This document shows, piece after piece, positions 38,751-48,351 of a DNA stretch of 64,000 nucleotides (positions are counted from its first letter, which is position 1; each line of letters begins with the position of its first letter). The stretch lies in contig JAULTC010000004.1 of assembly GCA_038801705.1 (NCBI GenBank), positions 9,868 through 73,867 of the forward strand. Direction: 5' to 3'. This stretch comes from Candidatus Methanosuratincola mesotaenarum (GTDB taxonomy: Archaea; Thermoproteota; Methanomethylicia; Methanomethylicales; Methanomethylicaceae). The notes under the pieces were generated by a model. It was given only the letters and a program-made list of their open reading frames with translations. It searched no databases and was not told the DNA's origin. The translations under genes were made by a program, and so were the position numbers.

Positions 38751-38775
38751 ACTTGACTTGACTTGACTTGAGTTG
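38751..38775. repeat. Pentanucleotide tandem repeat (ACTTG)x4 + AGTTG
   Basis: Read directly between alaS and the leuS RBS. Confidence 0.8.
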
Positions 38776-38786
38776 GTGATACTCAC

Positions 38787-41684
38787 ATGCCCCTTGATCT
38801 CAGAAGTCTTGAGGAGAAGTGGCAGAGGCGCTGGAGCGAGGCTAGGATATTCGAGGCAGACCCTGACCCGGCAAAGCCGAAATACTACCTGACCGTCGCC
38901 TACCCTTACCCGAACTCGCCCCAGCACATCGGGCACGCAAGGACTTACACCTTAGCGGACGCCCATGCCCGGTACATGCGGATGAAGGGTTACAACACCC
39001 TCTTACCCATGGCTTTCCACTACACGGGCACCCCCATACTCGCAATGAGCAAGAGGGTGGCCGCAAATGACGCAGAGCTGATAGATGTCTTTGTGAAACT
39101 CTATGAGGTCGATGAGCGCATAATAGACTCCTTCAAGGATCCGCTGAACATAGCAAAGTACTTCCACCACGACATAAAGCTCGGGATGCAGGCGATGGGT
39201 TTCTCAATCGACTGGAGGAGGGAATTCACAACCATAGACCCCGCATACACAAAGTTCATTGAATGGCAGTTCAGGCACCTCCTCTCCGCAGGCCTCATCA
39301 CAAAGGGGGCACACCCCGTTGGGTGGTGTCCCTCCTGCATGAGCCCAGTCGGTCAACACGATACGAAAGGGGACCTAGAGCCAGATATAGTCGAGTTCAC
39401 CGCGATAAAATTCGATATGGACGGCACAGCCCTCCCAGTCGCAACGCTGCGCCCCGAAACAGTGTTCGGTGTGACTAACATATGGGTCAATCCGGGCGCC
39501 AACTATGTTGAGGTCGAGGCGAACGGTGATCGGATGATAGTCAGCGAAAGGGCAGTCCAAAAACTCAAGGGGATGATGCCACGGATCTTGCGTCTAAGGG
39601 ACCTTGCTGGGTCTGAGCTGATCGGCAGGCATGCCAGGAATCCCATTACAGGCACCTTGGTCCCGGTGCTCCCCGCCGAGTTCGTTGACCCAAACAACGC
39701 CACTGGGGTAGTGATGTCGGTTCCTGCGCACGCACCCTACGACCTGCTCGCGCTCCGGGATCTCAAGGCAAACCCAGGGATCATTAGGGTCTATGGTCTT
39801 GATGAGAGCGAGATCGCTGCCTTGGTGCCTATCCCCGTTGTAGAACTCGAGGGATTCTCGAGGGTGCCCGCAGAGGATGCGGTCAAGAGGCTGGGCATCA
39901 GAGACCAGAAAGATCCGAAGGGCGAGATCGCCACGAAAGAACTCTACCAGAAGGAGTTTCATCTTGCTAGGATGCTTCCTGGGACTGGAGTCTACGCGGG
40001 CATGCCGGTCAGCAAAGCAAAAGAAAAGATAAAGCAGGATCTGGTCTCAAGCAAGAGGGCCTTCCCTTTCTACGAGATAATGAACGGGCCGATCCAATGC
40101 AGGTGCGGCGCCGAGGTCACGGTCAACCTTGTGGATGATCAATGGTTCATAAACTATGCTGACGAGTCTTGGAAGGAAACGGTGAGAAAGCATCTGAAGA
40201 ACATGTCCCTTGTGCCCGACGACCTCCGCCAGGAATTCGAGAATGTGGTGGAGTGGCTCAAGGAAAAGGCATGCGCGAGGAGGGCTGGGCTCGGCACAAG
40301 ACTCCCGTGGGACAGTGCATGGGTCATCGAAAGCCTCTCGGACTCCACCATCTACATGGCATTCTACACAATCTCGAAGATCATCAACCAGCACCGCCTC
40401 GATCCATCTGCGCTCACCGACGAGGTGTTCGATTACATCTTCCTAGGCAAGGGAGATCCCTCTTCCCTCCCGATCGAGAGGGAGATCCTTGAGGCAATGC
40501 GAAACGAGTTCAATTACTTCTACCCGTTGGACAGCCGGCACTCGGGAAGGGACCTTGTTCCGAACCACCTGACCTTCTTCATCTTTAACCATGTCGCAAT
40601 CTTCCCAGAGAAGCACTGGCCTAGGCAGATCGCTGTGAACGGGAGCGTCCTGATGGAGGGAAAGAAGATGTCAAAGTCGCTTGGCAACATCATCCCCCTC
40701 CACAAGGCAATAATGATCTACGGCGCCGACACGCTCAGGACCTCCATACTCTTCGCGTCTGAGCTCCTGCAGGATGCGGACTTTAGCGACTCGCAGGCAA
40801 AGAGCATCCGATCCAAACTTTTGGAGTTCTATGACTTGGCCTGCTCCTATGCCGATGCTGGGATGCCTGATTTCTCCTCCGCAGACCACCTCGACAAGTG
40901 GATAATCAGCAGAGTACAGCGGGTGGTCTCCCAAGTCGACTCTTCAATGCAATGCCTGAGAATGAGGGAGGCGATACACTGCGCCTTCTTCATACTGCAG
41001 CAGGATCTGCAGTGGTACATCCGGCGGCGTGCAGACCGGTGCAGCGATCCGAGGACCAGGTCCATCGTAAAGTACGTACTCAGAGCGATCGTGAAGATGA
41101 TGGCTCCCTTCGCCCCCCACCTCTGCGAGGAGATATGGGAGAAGTTTGGGGAAGATGGGTTTGTTTCTGTGGCATCTTACCCTGAGACCGATCAGGCGCT
41201 TATATGTGAGCGCGACGAGATCACGGAAGATTTGCTCAAGTCCATCATCTGTGACACCGCCGAGATCATAAAGGTCACCGGGATATCCCCTGCCCGCATC
41301 TGCTACTACACCTCGCCGAAGTGGAAGTGGGATCTCTATCTCAAAGCTCTAGCCGCTTTGGACTCTGGGGTCGACCCGAGGGGCCTCATCCGGGAGCTCA
41401 TGAAGGATCCAGAGATACGGAAGAGGGGCGGCGAGGCCGCAAAATTCATAAACTCGATCTGCTCCTGTACCATAACGCTCCCCAAGGAGGACAGGAAGAA
41501 GATCCTCAGGGCTTCTGGCATCGAAGAGGCAGCTTTCATCGGTGAATGCACCACATTCCTCTCGGAGTACTTCAAGTGCAAGGTCGAGGTCCAGAGCGCC
41601 GATCTGCCGGGCTACGACCCGAATGGGAAAGCAGGGCAGGCGGCACCGCTGCGGCCCGCGATATATATAGAGGGTCAGCGATGA
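38787..41684 (+). CDS. leuS: Leucine--tRNA ligase
   Basis: HIGH, ATLRPET, VMSVPAHAPYD, KMSKS. Confidence 0.98.
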   Translation: MPLDLRSLEEKWQRRWSEARIFEADPDPAKPKYYLTVAYPYPNSPQHIGHARTYTLADAHARYMRMKGYNTLLPMAFHYTGTPILAMSKRVAANDAELIDVFVKLYEVDERIIDSFKDPLNIAKYFHHDIKLGMQAMGFSIDWRREFTTIDPAYTKFIEWQFRHLLSAGLITKGAHPVGWCPSCMSPVGQHDTKGDLEPDIVEFTAIKFDMDGTALPVATLRPETVFGVTNIWVNPGANYVEVEANGDRMIVSERAVQKLKGMMPRILRLRDLAGSELIGRHARNPITGTLVPVLPAEFVDPNNATGVVMSVPAHAPYDLLALRDLKANPGIIRVYGLDESEIAALVPIPVVELEGFSRVPAEDAVKRLGIRDQKDPKGEIATKELYQKEFHLARMLPGTGVYAGMPVSKAKEKIKQDLVSSKRAFPFYEIMNGPIQCRCGAEVTVNLVDDQWFINYADESWKETVRKHLKNMSLVPDDLRQEFENVVEWLKEKACARRAGLGTRLPWDSAWVIESLSDSTIYMAFYTISKIINQHRLDPSALTDEVFDYIFLGKGDPSSLPIEREILEAMRNEFNYFYPLDSRHSGRDLVPNHLTFFIFNHVAIFPEKHWPRQIAVNGSVLMEGKKMSKSLGNIIPLHKAIMIYGADTLRTSILFASELLQDADFSDSQAKSIRSKLLEFYDLACSYADAGMPDFSSADHLDKWIISRVQRVVSQVDSSMQCLRMREAIHCAFFILQQDLQWYIRRRADRCSDPRTRSIVKYVLRAIVKMMAPFAPHLCEEIWEKFGEDGFVSVASYPETDQALICERDEITEDLLKSIICDTAEIIKVTGISPARICYYTSPKWKWDLYLKALAALDSGVDPRGLIRELMKDPEIRKRGGEAAKFINSICSCTITLPKEDRKKILRASGIEEAAFIGECTTFLSEYFKCKVEVQSADLPGYDPNGKAGQAAPLRPAIYIEGQR

Positions 41685-42325
41685 CTGACACCTTCCGGGA
41701 TGCTGCGGCTGACCTGAGGTACCTGCTCTCGAAGGGGTACAAGCGTTCTTCGGCGGTGAGGTTCGTGGCCGACAGATACGGCATTGGGAAAACGGAGAGG
41801 CTTGCCCTTTACCGGTGCGTCTACCCTAGGGAAGTCGCAGATAGCCATTTCCGGAAGATCGTGCCCGCCGAAAATTTGTCCGGGGCTGCTTTGAGCGTGG
41901 ACGGGTTCAACGTCCTGAGAACGGTCTTCGGGGCGATGCGCGGGCACCCCATTTACCTCTGCGACGACGGCTTCGTTAGGGACATCTCGATCGGTCGAAG
42001 GAATCCTGCTATTGAAGAGCTGTGCAAGTGCCTTGATCTAGTCATTTCATGCATATGCACCCTGAAGCCCAGGTTCACCGTTTTCGTCTACGATCGACCC
42101 ATCAGCCGAAGCGGCGACCTCTCCAAAAGGACGCTGGAGGCAATGGGGACGAAGGGCTTGGCTGGTGAGTCGAGGACTTCGGCCCGGCCAGATTCGGAGG
42201 TCCTATCCTGCGGCGATGTTGTGGCAACGAGCGACTCCGCTATGATCGAAAGGGCCTTGAGGGTATTCGATCTGGGGGGATACATTGTCACCAGCAGGCT
42301 GGGGGCGCTCCCGACAAAAATATAA
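41681..42325 (+). CDS. DUF434-family protein
   Basis: AADLRYLLSKGY, VDGFNVL, DGFVRD, SRSG, VATSDS. Confidence 0.85.
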   Translation: MTDTFRDAAADLRYLLSKGYKRSSAVRFVADRYGIGKTERLALYRCVYPREVADSHFRKIVPAENLSGAALSVDGFNVLRTVFGAMRGHPIYLCDDGFVRDISIGRRNPAIEELCKCLDLVISCICTLKPRFTVFVYDRPISRSGDLSKRTLEAMGTKGLAGESRTSARPDSEVLSCGDVVATSDSAMIERALRVFDLGGYIVTSRLGALPTKI

Positions 42326-42327
42326 AT
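42312..42327 (+). promoter_or_regulatory. BRE/TATA box of tRNA-Arg
   Basis: CGACAAAAATATAAAT about 26 bp upstream of the tRNA. Confidence 0.55.
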
Positions 42328-42352
42328 GAAGCCCCTTTTATTCCTCTACCCA

Positions 42353-42430
42353 GGGTTCGTGGCGCAGACTGGACAGCGCGGCGGCCTCCTAAGTCGTAGG
42401 TCGGGGGTTCGAATCCCCCCGAACCCGCCA
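42353..42430 (+). tRNA. tRNA-Arg(CCT), CCA encoded
   Basis: GGGTTCG/CGAACCC acceptor stem, GCGGC-CT-CCT-AA-GTCGT anticodon arm, GGTTCGAATCC. Confidence 0.95.
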
Positions 42431-42592
42431 CTCCGGAAGCGAATTAGTACTGTGCGCATCCGGCTAGCCTCGGCCAGCTTCCTGGCGTATGATGTCTTTC
42501 TTTGGGCGTTCGGCTTAGAACCTGAAGGCCGTGGTTCTCTCGATCCTCAGCGGTTATGATGACTGCGGCTCCTTGGGTTAGGGTTTCCCTTG

Positions 42593-43374
42593 TCAGAATC
42601 TGCTCGGGGTTGAGGCACCATGCTCGGATGATCTACCTGAGCGCTTCTTCCTTCTTCTTACAAGAATGATTATTAAAATAATCGCCAGAACCAGCGCAAG
42701 GGCGATAAGGCCGAAGGGTGTGGAGAACAAGATGAACGGGAGAAAGAATATCGCCATTGTCGCTAAGCTCGGTGTAAATAAAAATAGCAGCATCACCTGG
42801 CACACGACTATTGCGGGTATGTCGATGACTCGCCTTTTCTTGTTGAACACCAAGTAAAGAGCCGCGATCATGTATGGTATGGAAAAAACACAGAAGGGAG
42901 GAGTGAAAAACACGACGGCGAGGAAAATAAGCGATTATTCTTCGAATCCCCCAAAATGAATGGCAGCGCAAGTAGTATACTGGCGAAAGCTAGACCTACA
43001 ATTCTCTGGAAAAGTAGTCTGGAACGAGAGTATGGTTGATGCTCTTTTTTAGGACGTGGTGCAGGAGGTTGTTGTGGCTGAACGATTTTCTTCTCGTGGG
43101 GAGCCACCCAAAAAATGACGATGCCGGAGGACAGAAGCGCAGTAGCAACGGCGAAGCAAAGTGCCTTTCTAACGATGTAGAGGAGGCTTTCAGCAGGATT
43201 AATGACGGTGTTCGCGAGGAACAAACCGCTCAGTACAAAGAGAACCGGAGCACTCGTGGTCAAGAAAGATTGCCCCGTTGTGTCTCCTGACTGTCGCGTT
43301 CTTCCTGTTTTTGCTATGAGAAACGCCGCGGAAGCAATGATGACGATTGAAAGCAAAAGCCAGACTTCAATCAA
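42593..43374 (-). pseudogene. Multi-pass membrane protein, probably one gene split by a frameshift near 42930
   Basis: Two overlapping hydrophobic ORFs (42868-43374, 42593-42913) whose TM pattern continues across the frame change. Confidence 0.5.
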
Positions 43375-43582
43375 ATCTCTCTGCTTACCCTCTCATAGCG
43401 GCTCGTTACTTCCACACCTGAAGCAATACTGCGGGATATGCGTCTTGAATCAAACGGCTACTCTTTGACTGATGCAGCAGATGGATTCGGATAACAAAGG
43501 CGCTTTGAACCAGTATTCACAACAACAAATGTCTTCGGCATTATGGCGGATGCGGTCAACGCGATTTTTTGTCTTATGTTGG

Positions 43583-44011
43583 TTAAGGCTTATAACTGCT
43601 TTTCAGTTGCTCTATTGCTTTGGCTATTTGTTCGTAGGGCGTCTTCATTAATCCAAACACTGACCCTGCGCCCAACATGTTCATGGACGATATGAGCGTG
43701 AACGAGCAGACTTTTTCGCCTTCTGGTGTTTGGTAACGTAATCTGAAGTACGGTGTGCCCCACACTCTGTCTGCTTTCGCTTCGGTGACCATGTTCAATG
43801 GAACCGCGAAGCTTCCCTCGTTCTTCAATCCTTCGTCGATATTGCCCCTGTAGTCGTCGGTTTGTGTTGTCATAAATTTTCCGCCGAGGAACCTTATGCA
43901 GACGAACCTGCGGTCAGTGAGAATCATCTGACCCTTTAACGCTTGCCCCATCCCGATTTTTTCTTTCGGGCAGAATCTCACAACGGCACTTCCCACAACA
44001 TTTTCGGGCAT
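43583..44011 (-). CDS. Hypothetical protein with a PH-like (GRAM/bPH) fold
   Basis: G.MILTDRRF and F.VPL..V patterns; GAGGTGA RBS before ATG at 44011. Confidence 0.6.
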   Translation of the reverse strand: MPENVVGSAVVRFCPKEKIGMGQALKGQMILTDRRFVCIRFLGGKFMTTQTDDYRGNIDEGLKNEGSFAVPLNMVTEAKADRVWGTPYFRLRYQTPEGEKVCSFTLISSMNMLGAGSVFGLMKTPYEQIAKAIEQLKSSYKP

Positions 44012-44258
44012 TATCTTCACCTCTTTTTTGAATGGTTTTCCCTGCAATATTCTTTATTATGCGCTCATATTTAGTTTATGGGGGTTTCTATTGGCTTTTC
44101 CCTTGGTGTTTTGTGTTCTTGAGTTGGTTTTATTGATGGACGATTGAGGTTCTTCAAGCTTTTGAATAGCCTTTCAGTCTTAGGATGGTGCGTTTATGCA
44201 ATCTTGTTAGGAGAGCATCCGCTGGGCGATTGTTCTTTCTTTTCGTCTTTTCGGGTTG

Positions 44259-44904
44259 CTATTTGAGATATGCTGTGCTTGTTAACCCTTTGAGGACGCC
44301 GTTCTGGACTCTTGTGTAAGCGAACATGGCTTCTGAGCATTGATAGGGCCATGTGCAGCCTGGCTTTGGAGGCCTTTAGCCCTGAGGTTGTCTAGGTCAA
44401 GCAGTCCTTCTGGTGGCCGTTGGAACCCTCAATGACGTTCCGCATCTGGACGTAGAGTTTGATCCAGCCTCGCTTATCCCGACAAAACTCGCTTAGACTG
44501 AGGTTTCTGAAGTATGCGCCGACGTACTTGTGTTGCCCCGCTATCGTCAAGCCGGAGAGAATCTTTTCGATGCTGTTCTCGTCTGGGTTAATGCTAATCC
44601 CTAAGGGTTTGAGACGTTCAGCCTTGAGGACGCCTGCCTTAACCATCTTCTTGAAGCGGAGCCTAAGCGTCCTGGGCTTGCCTCTCCAGTTCGGCTTCGC
44701 GTTCTTCCGGAACCTAATGAAGCCTTTAATGTTTGTCAACCCCAGAAGGGCGTAGCTCCAAGGTGAGGGGTAGCCGTTGTCTAAGCCTGCCTCATTAGGA
44801 AACACTCCAAGAAGCATAGATTTCACGAGGAGAACCACCACCATCATGTATGTCTTGTCCACGTTTCCCTGGGTGACAGCCCAGCTCAGAGTCAGGTTCG
44901 TCAC
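44259..44904 (-). pseudogene. Truncated, frameshifted DDE transposase
   Basis: LDNGY, Y..MRNVIEGSNGHQK; continues across frameshifts as LDLDNLRAKGL..ARLHMALSML...TRVQNG. Confidence 0.65.
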
Positions 44905-44911
44905 GCTGCAG

Positions 44912-45451
44912 ATGGGAAGACCGAAAGGGTCCAGCTTCAGGATTCAGGAACTGGTGTTACGTACAATCGATTTAGAGGGCTCGATGCACTTTAACAAAGT
45001 TATGCCCTCCACCGGATGTAACAGAAACGCTGTCAGCAGTTCGTTGAAGCTTTTAGCCGAAATTGGAGCGGTTGAAAGGAGACAGGCAGGGATGAAAGTG
45101 ATTTATGAGACGGGTAGGGACGGTATTCTTCGTTGGTTGATTTACACTCTATGGGAGCGCGACCCCCGTATAATTAAGCTTTGCAAGCTCATCAAGAGAA
45201 CCATGCATCGATATCAAGGCTTAGGAGGATTAGCTGAAGGATTAGCGAAGTTGGCTCAAAGGTATGATAAGGTGCTTCGAGAATATGCCCTTCTCAGCCT
45301 AAAGCTTCTGGATGCGTTGATGGTGGCAGAGGATAAGCACCTCGCCGACTATGGGCAACGCATGCTTAAGAGGGGTGGCTGGCACAACTATCCGAATGAC
45401 GCGAGAAGGCTGAAGGAATCCTCTGAGGTCGTCTTGATCCGTTCAATATAA
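44912..45451 (+). CDS. Winged-HTH domain protein
   Basis: CNRNAVSSSLKLLAEIGAVERRQAGMKVIY. Confidence 0.55.
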   Translation: MGRPKGSSFRIQELVLRTIDLEGSMHFNKVMPSTGCNRNAVSSSLKLLAEIGAVERRQAGMKVIYETGRDGILRWLIYTLWERDPRIIKLCKLIKRTMHRYQGLGGLAEGLAKLAQRYDKVLREYALLSLKLLDALMVAEDKHLADYGQRMLKRGGWHNYPNDARRLKESSEVVLIRSI

Positions 45452-45572
45452 TCTTGGCTGATCCTAGAAGATAAACATGACAAGGAAGGAGCTGCCTGAG
45501 GCCCCGATTCAGGAGCGGCATAAAAAAGTGGGTTTTGCGGGAGGCGTGCTGGTACAAATGCGCCTCTGGAGA

Positions 45573-45595
45573 TTCAAATCCCGACGGCCCCACCA
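45573..45595 (+). mobile_element. Orphan tRNA 3'-end fragment (att-like, tRNA-Pro-like)
   Basis: TTCAAATCCCGACGGCCCCACCA without a matching 5' T-stem or tRNA body. Confidence 0.7.
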
Positions 45596-45919
45596 TTGAA
45601 CCTTCATTGCCCGCGTCAAAGAAGCTTCACCAAGGAAGGCGCCTTTCAACCAGCCGCGAAACAGGTACTATGCTGAAGGCCAATGGGTATCGTGCCGCTA
45701 GACGGCTTGAGCCGGTCTGCGCTTTTCGATCGAAGAGGGTAGTGCTTGCTTTAGGCATATTGAGTCTCGGGGGCATCTGTCAGCAACCCATACGGATACA
45801 CAGCAGTGTGAAATCCAAGACACTGCCTTCAGTCGCGGCAGTCGGCGCGTTCTGGCAACAGCCATGTGAACGATATATATCCCCCTCTTCAAATACCGTT
45901 CTGAAAAGGGTCGAATTTG

Positions 45920-46981
45920 ATGGAGAACGATCTCTGCATCAGATCTAGGAGGGAATCAGGAGAGCGCGTAAAGCATGCAATTGTATCTCTCGGTCTTTTG
46001 GACAGGGCAAAAAGAATAGTCTTACAGGGAGATTTCATATACTTCCCGATTACAAGACTGCCCGATCAGAATGAGATAGGTGCTCTCTCCAAGACGGGTG
46101 AAGTAACTGTTGAATTGAAGCGCCTCCCTGGCGCCTCTTTGCCCTCTCCAAAGAGCCTAAATGCACTCCTTTCTGGAAAAGTTCCCCAGAGCGCTCTGAA
46201 GTCCATACCTAGGTCTTACGACATCGTCGGGGACATAATCGTCATCGAGCGCCTCTCTTCAGAGGCGCATGAGTACCGCAGGGAGATCGCCGAAGCACTG
46301 CTAGTGCTGCACAGGCACGCAAAGACGGTCCTGCTCAAGACCGGGAAGGTCGACGGGCCTTATCGGATACCTCTTCTTGAGCACCTTGCGGGCGAGGACA
46401 GGCGCGAGACTGTCCATTCCGAGTATGGGATCAGGCTGATGGTTGACCTCTCCAAAGCTTACTTCTCCCCCAGGCTTGGCTACGAGCGGAGCCGGGTGGC
46501 CTCCCTTGTCAGCGACGGCGAGACTGTGGTAGACATGTTCGCGGGTGTGGGCCCCTTTGCCATAATGATCGCGAGGAGGCACCGATCCATGGTCTATGCA
46601 ATCGACATAAATCCGGAGGCAGTCAGGATGATGCGGTATAACCTAAGGATCAACCGGCTCAAGGGAGAAGTCTACCCAATCTGTAATGATGCCCTCGAAC
46701 TATCTTCCAAGATGCAAAACACAGCTGACCGGATAATCATGAACCTTCCTGCCCAATCTTTGACCTTCCTGCCGGCCGCGCGGAAATTCATGAAGCGAAG
46801 CGGCGGGTTCGCACACGTGTACCTTTTTTCCGGTCCGCCCCCGATCGACTCTGCCGTAAATAAATTCGTTGAGAGTGCATTGCCATTGGGGGGCTTTGAG
46901 ATAATCAGTAGCAGGGTGGTGAAGCCCACAGCGCCTAGGGAATGGATCGTCTCTCTTGATGTCCGTTTTGCTCCTTCCTGA
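45920..46981 (+). CDS. trm5: tRNA m1G37/wyosine-pathway methyltransferase (Trm5/Taw2 family)
   Basis: SYDIVGDI, YFSPRL..ER, DMFAGVGPF, RIIMNLP. Confidence 0.85.
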   Translation: MENDLCIRSRRESGERVKHAIVSLGLLDRAKRIVLQGDFIYFPITRLPDQNEIGALSKTGEVTVELKRLPGASLPSPKSLNALLSGKVPQSALKSIPRSYDIVGDIIVIERLSSEAHEYRREIAEALLVLHRHAKTVLLKTGKVDGPYRIPLLEHLAGEDRRETVHSEYGIRLMVDLSKAYFSPRLGYERSRVASLVSDGETVVDMFAGVGPFAIMIARRHRSMVYAIDINPEAVRMMRYNLRINRLKGEVYPICNDALELSSKMQNTADRIIMNLPAQSLTFLPAARKFMKRSGGFAHVYLFSGPPPIDSAVNKFVESALPLGGFEIISSRVVKPTAPREWIVSLDVRFAPS

Positions 46982-47069
46982 CCGAGAAAGCGTCTGCCTG
47001 TAATTCAGAAAGGACAAATAATCTTAAAGTGCCATCTAAATATCTACTAACAATTCACGGTCCCTTAAG

Positions 47070-47552
47070 GTGTTTGCTGAATGTCACAATCAAAAAAAAA
47101 AACGGATACTTGTTGTTGATGATGACGAGGACATTCTGGAGACCCTGAAGTCACTCCTGACCAAGAAGGGCTACATCGTGGATACAGCAAAGAACGGGGC
47201 GATGGCGATCCAGATGTCTGAGATGACCCCTTACAATCTCGCCCTGCTGGACGTGATGCTTCCGGACATGGAGGGGACGCAGCTCCTTGTAAAGCTGAAG
47301 CCTACCACGCCCCGCATGCGCAAGATAATGGTCACGGGGCACGCCTCGCTTGAGAACGCAGTCAGAGCGGTGAACATGGGTGCAGACGGGTACCTGATAA
47401 AGCCTGTCTCCCCGCCCGAGTTGTTGAGGATGATCCAAGACCAGCTCAAGTGGCAGGAAGATGATGAGAGGCTGACGCAGGAGAAGATGGCGTCTTTTAT
47501 CGAGACGAGGATAAAAATGCTCGAGGGGCCAGAGGAGAAAAAGAGCAGTTGA
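47070..47552 (+). CDS. Response regulator receiver protein (likely true ATG at 47081 is out of frame across an A11 tract)
   Basis: ILVVDDD, LLDVMLPD, MVTG, YLIKP. Confidence 0.88.
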   Translation: MFAECHNQKKKRILVVDDDEDILETLKSLLTKKGYIVDTAKNGAMAIQMSEMTPYNLALLDVMLPDMEGTQLLVKLKPTTPRMRKIMVTGHASLENAVRAVNMGADGYLIKPVSPPELLRMIQDQLKWQEDDERLTQEKMASFIETRIKMLEGPEEKKSS

Positions 47553-47570
47553 AAGGGACTATCCAGTGGG

Positions 47571-47847
47571 ATGGATGTGGTGATGGCAACAGAGTTCGCG
47601 TCAAGGGCAGCACTCTACATCAACAACAAGGACTTCGAGCATAGTCCGGAGTGCGCTTAAGGACATCTTCGGAGAGCCCCTCGCCTCCTCCGTGATATTC
47701 CACCTAGGCGGCACCGAGTCGATAACGGATCCGTCCCTCTTAGAGCGAAAAATCCGCCTAATCTTTTGCCCTGGGGCAGACCTGATCCTTGACTATGTCC
47801 TCAAGAAGCTCGAGAACCCTAGAAAGAAAATCGGCCGAAAGAAATGA
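47571..47847 (+). pseudogene. NitrOD5/DUF3227-like small output-domain protein, frameshifted near 47638
   Basis: MDVVMATEF...NKDFE joins IVRSALKDIFGE...VIFHLG...RLIF.PGADLIL in another frame. Confidence 0.5.
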
Positions 47848-47858
47848 CCAGACAGCGC

Positions 47859-48290
47859 CTATGTCCCCGAGATCTTAACCTCGATTGTCAGCTTGATCTC
47901 TGCGCCATCCTTTGCGATCAGCCTCACTAGATCCCTCCTGATCTCTGAGGCAGACTTGTCTGAATTGACCATCAGAGTTCGTCCGCAGACATACGCGCTC
48001 TTCCTAGCGACCATATCGGTTTCGCTCTCCAGCGTCAGCTTGGAGCTCCCTCTACCCTTGACGGCATCTGATATCCCCCCTGCCTCGATCCACAGCGTGA
48101 CTTTTGCGCCGTCCGTCCTCAATGCCCGCTTCATGTCCTCAGGCAGATCCGCGAGACCGATAGCCGACCTTGTTGCGATTATGCAGTCCCCCTTTTTGGT
48201 CCTTAATTCTTCTCTCGTTATCTCCAAGGTAGTTTGGTGCTTCGCAGTGATCTTGCAGTCCCCCTCTGCAAGGAATGTCAGTCTCGGCAT
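47859..48290 (-). CDS. DUF371-family protein
   Basis: AKHQTTLEITRE, KGDCII, RKSAYVCGRTL. Confidence 0.88.
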   Translation of the reverse strand: MPRLTFLAEGDCKITAKHQTTLEITREELRTKKGDCIIATRSAIGLADLPEDMKRALRTDGAKVTLWIEAGGISDAVKGRGSSKLTLESETDMVARKSAYVCGRTLMVNSDKSASEIRRDLVRLIAKDGAEIKLTIEVKISGT

Positions 48291-48351
48291 GGTAACCAAG
48301 GCTTTTTTAAGCCTAGCTTCTATAAATCTTTAGAAGTGTCTCAGGTTGGGG

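Noticed and set aside
42488-42600. ATGATG(A/T) and CTGA motifs after tRNA-Arg as another C/D sRNA
   Set aside because: Box spacing does not fit the 12-nt guide architecture and no rRNA complementarity was recognised.
43380-43560. Cys-rich fragments (YCFRCG) on the minus strand
   Set aside because: Interrupted by stops and too short to support a zinc-ribbon gene call.
45540-45595. Split or permuted tRNA half
   Set aside because: The 5' strand of the T-stem and the anticodon arm are missing and there is no leader complementarity; an att-type fragment explains it better.
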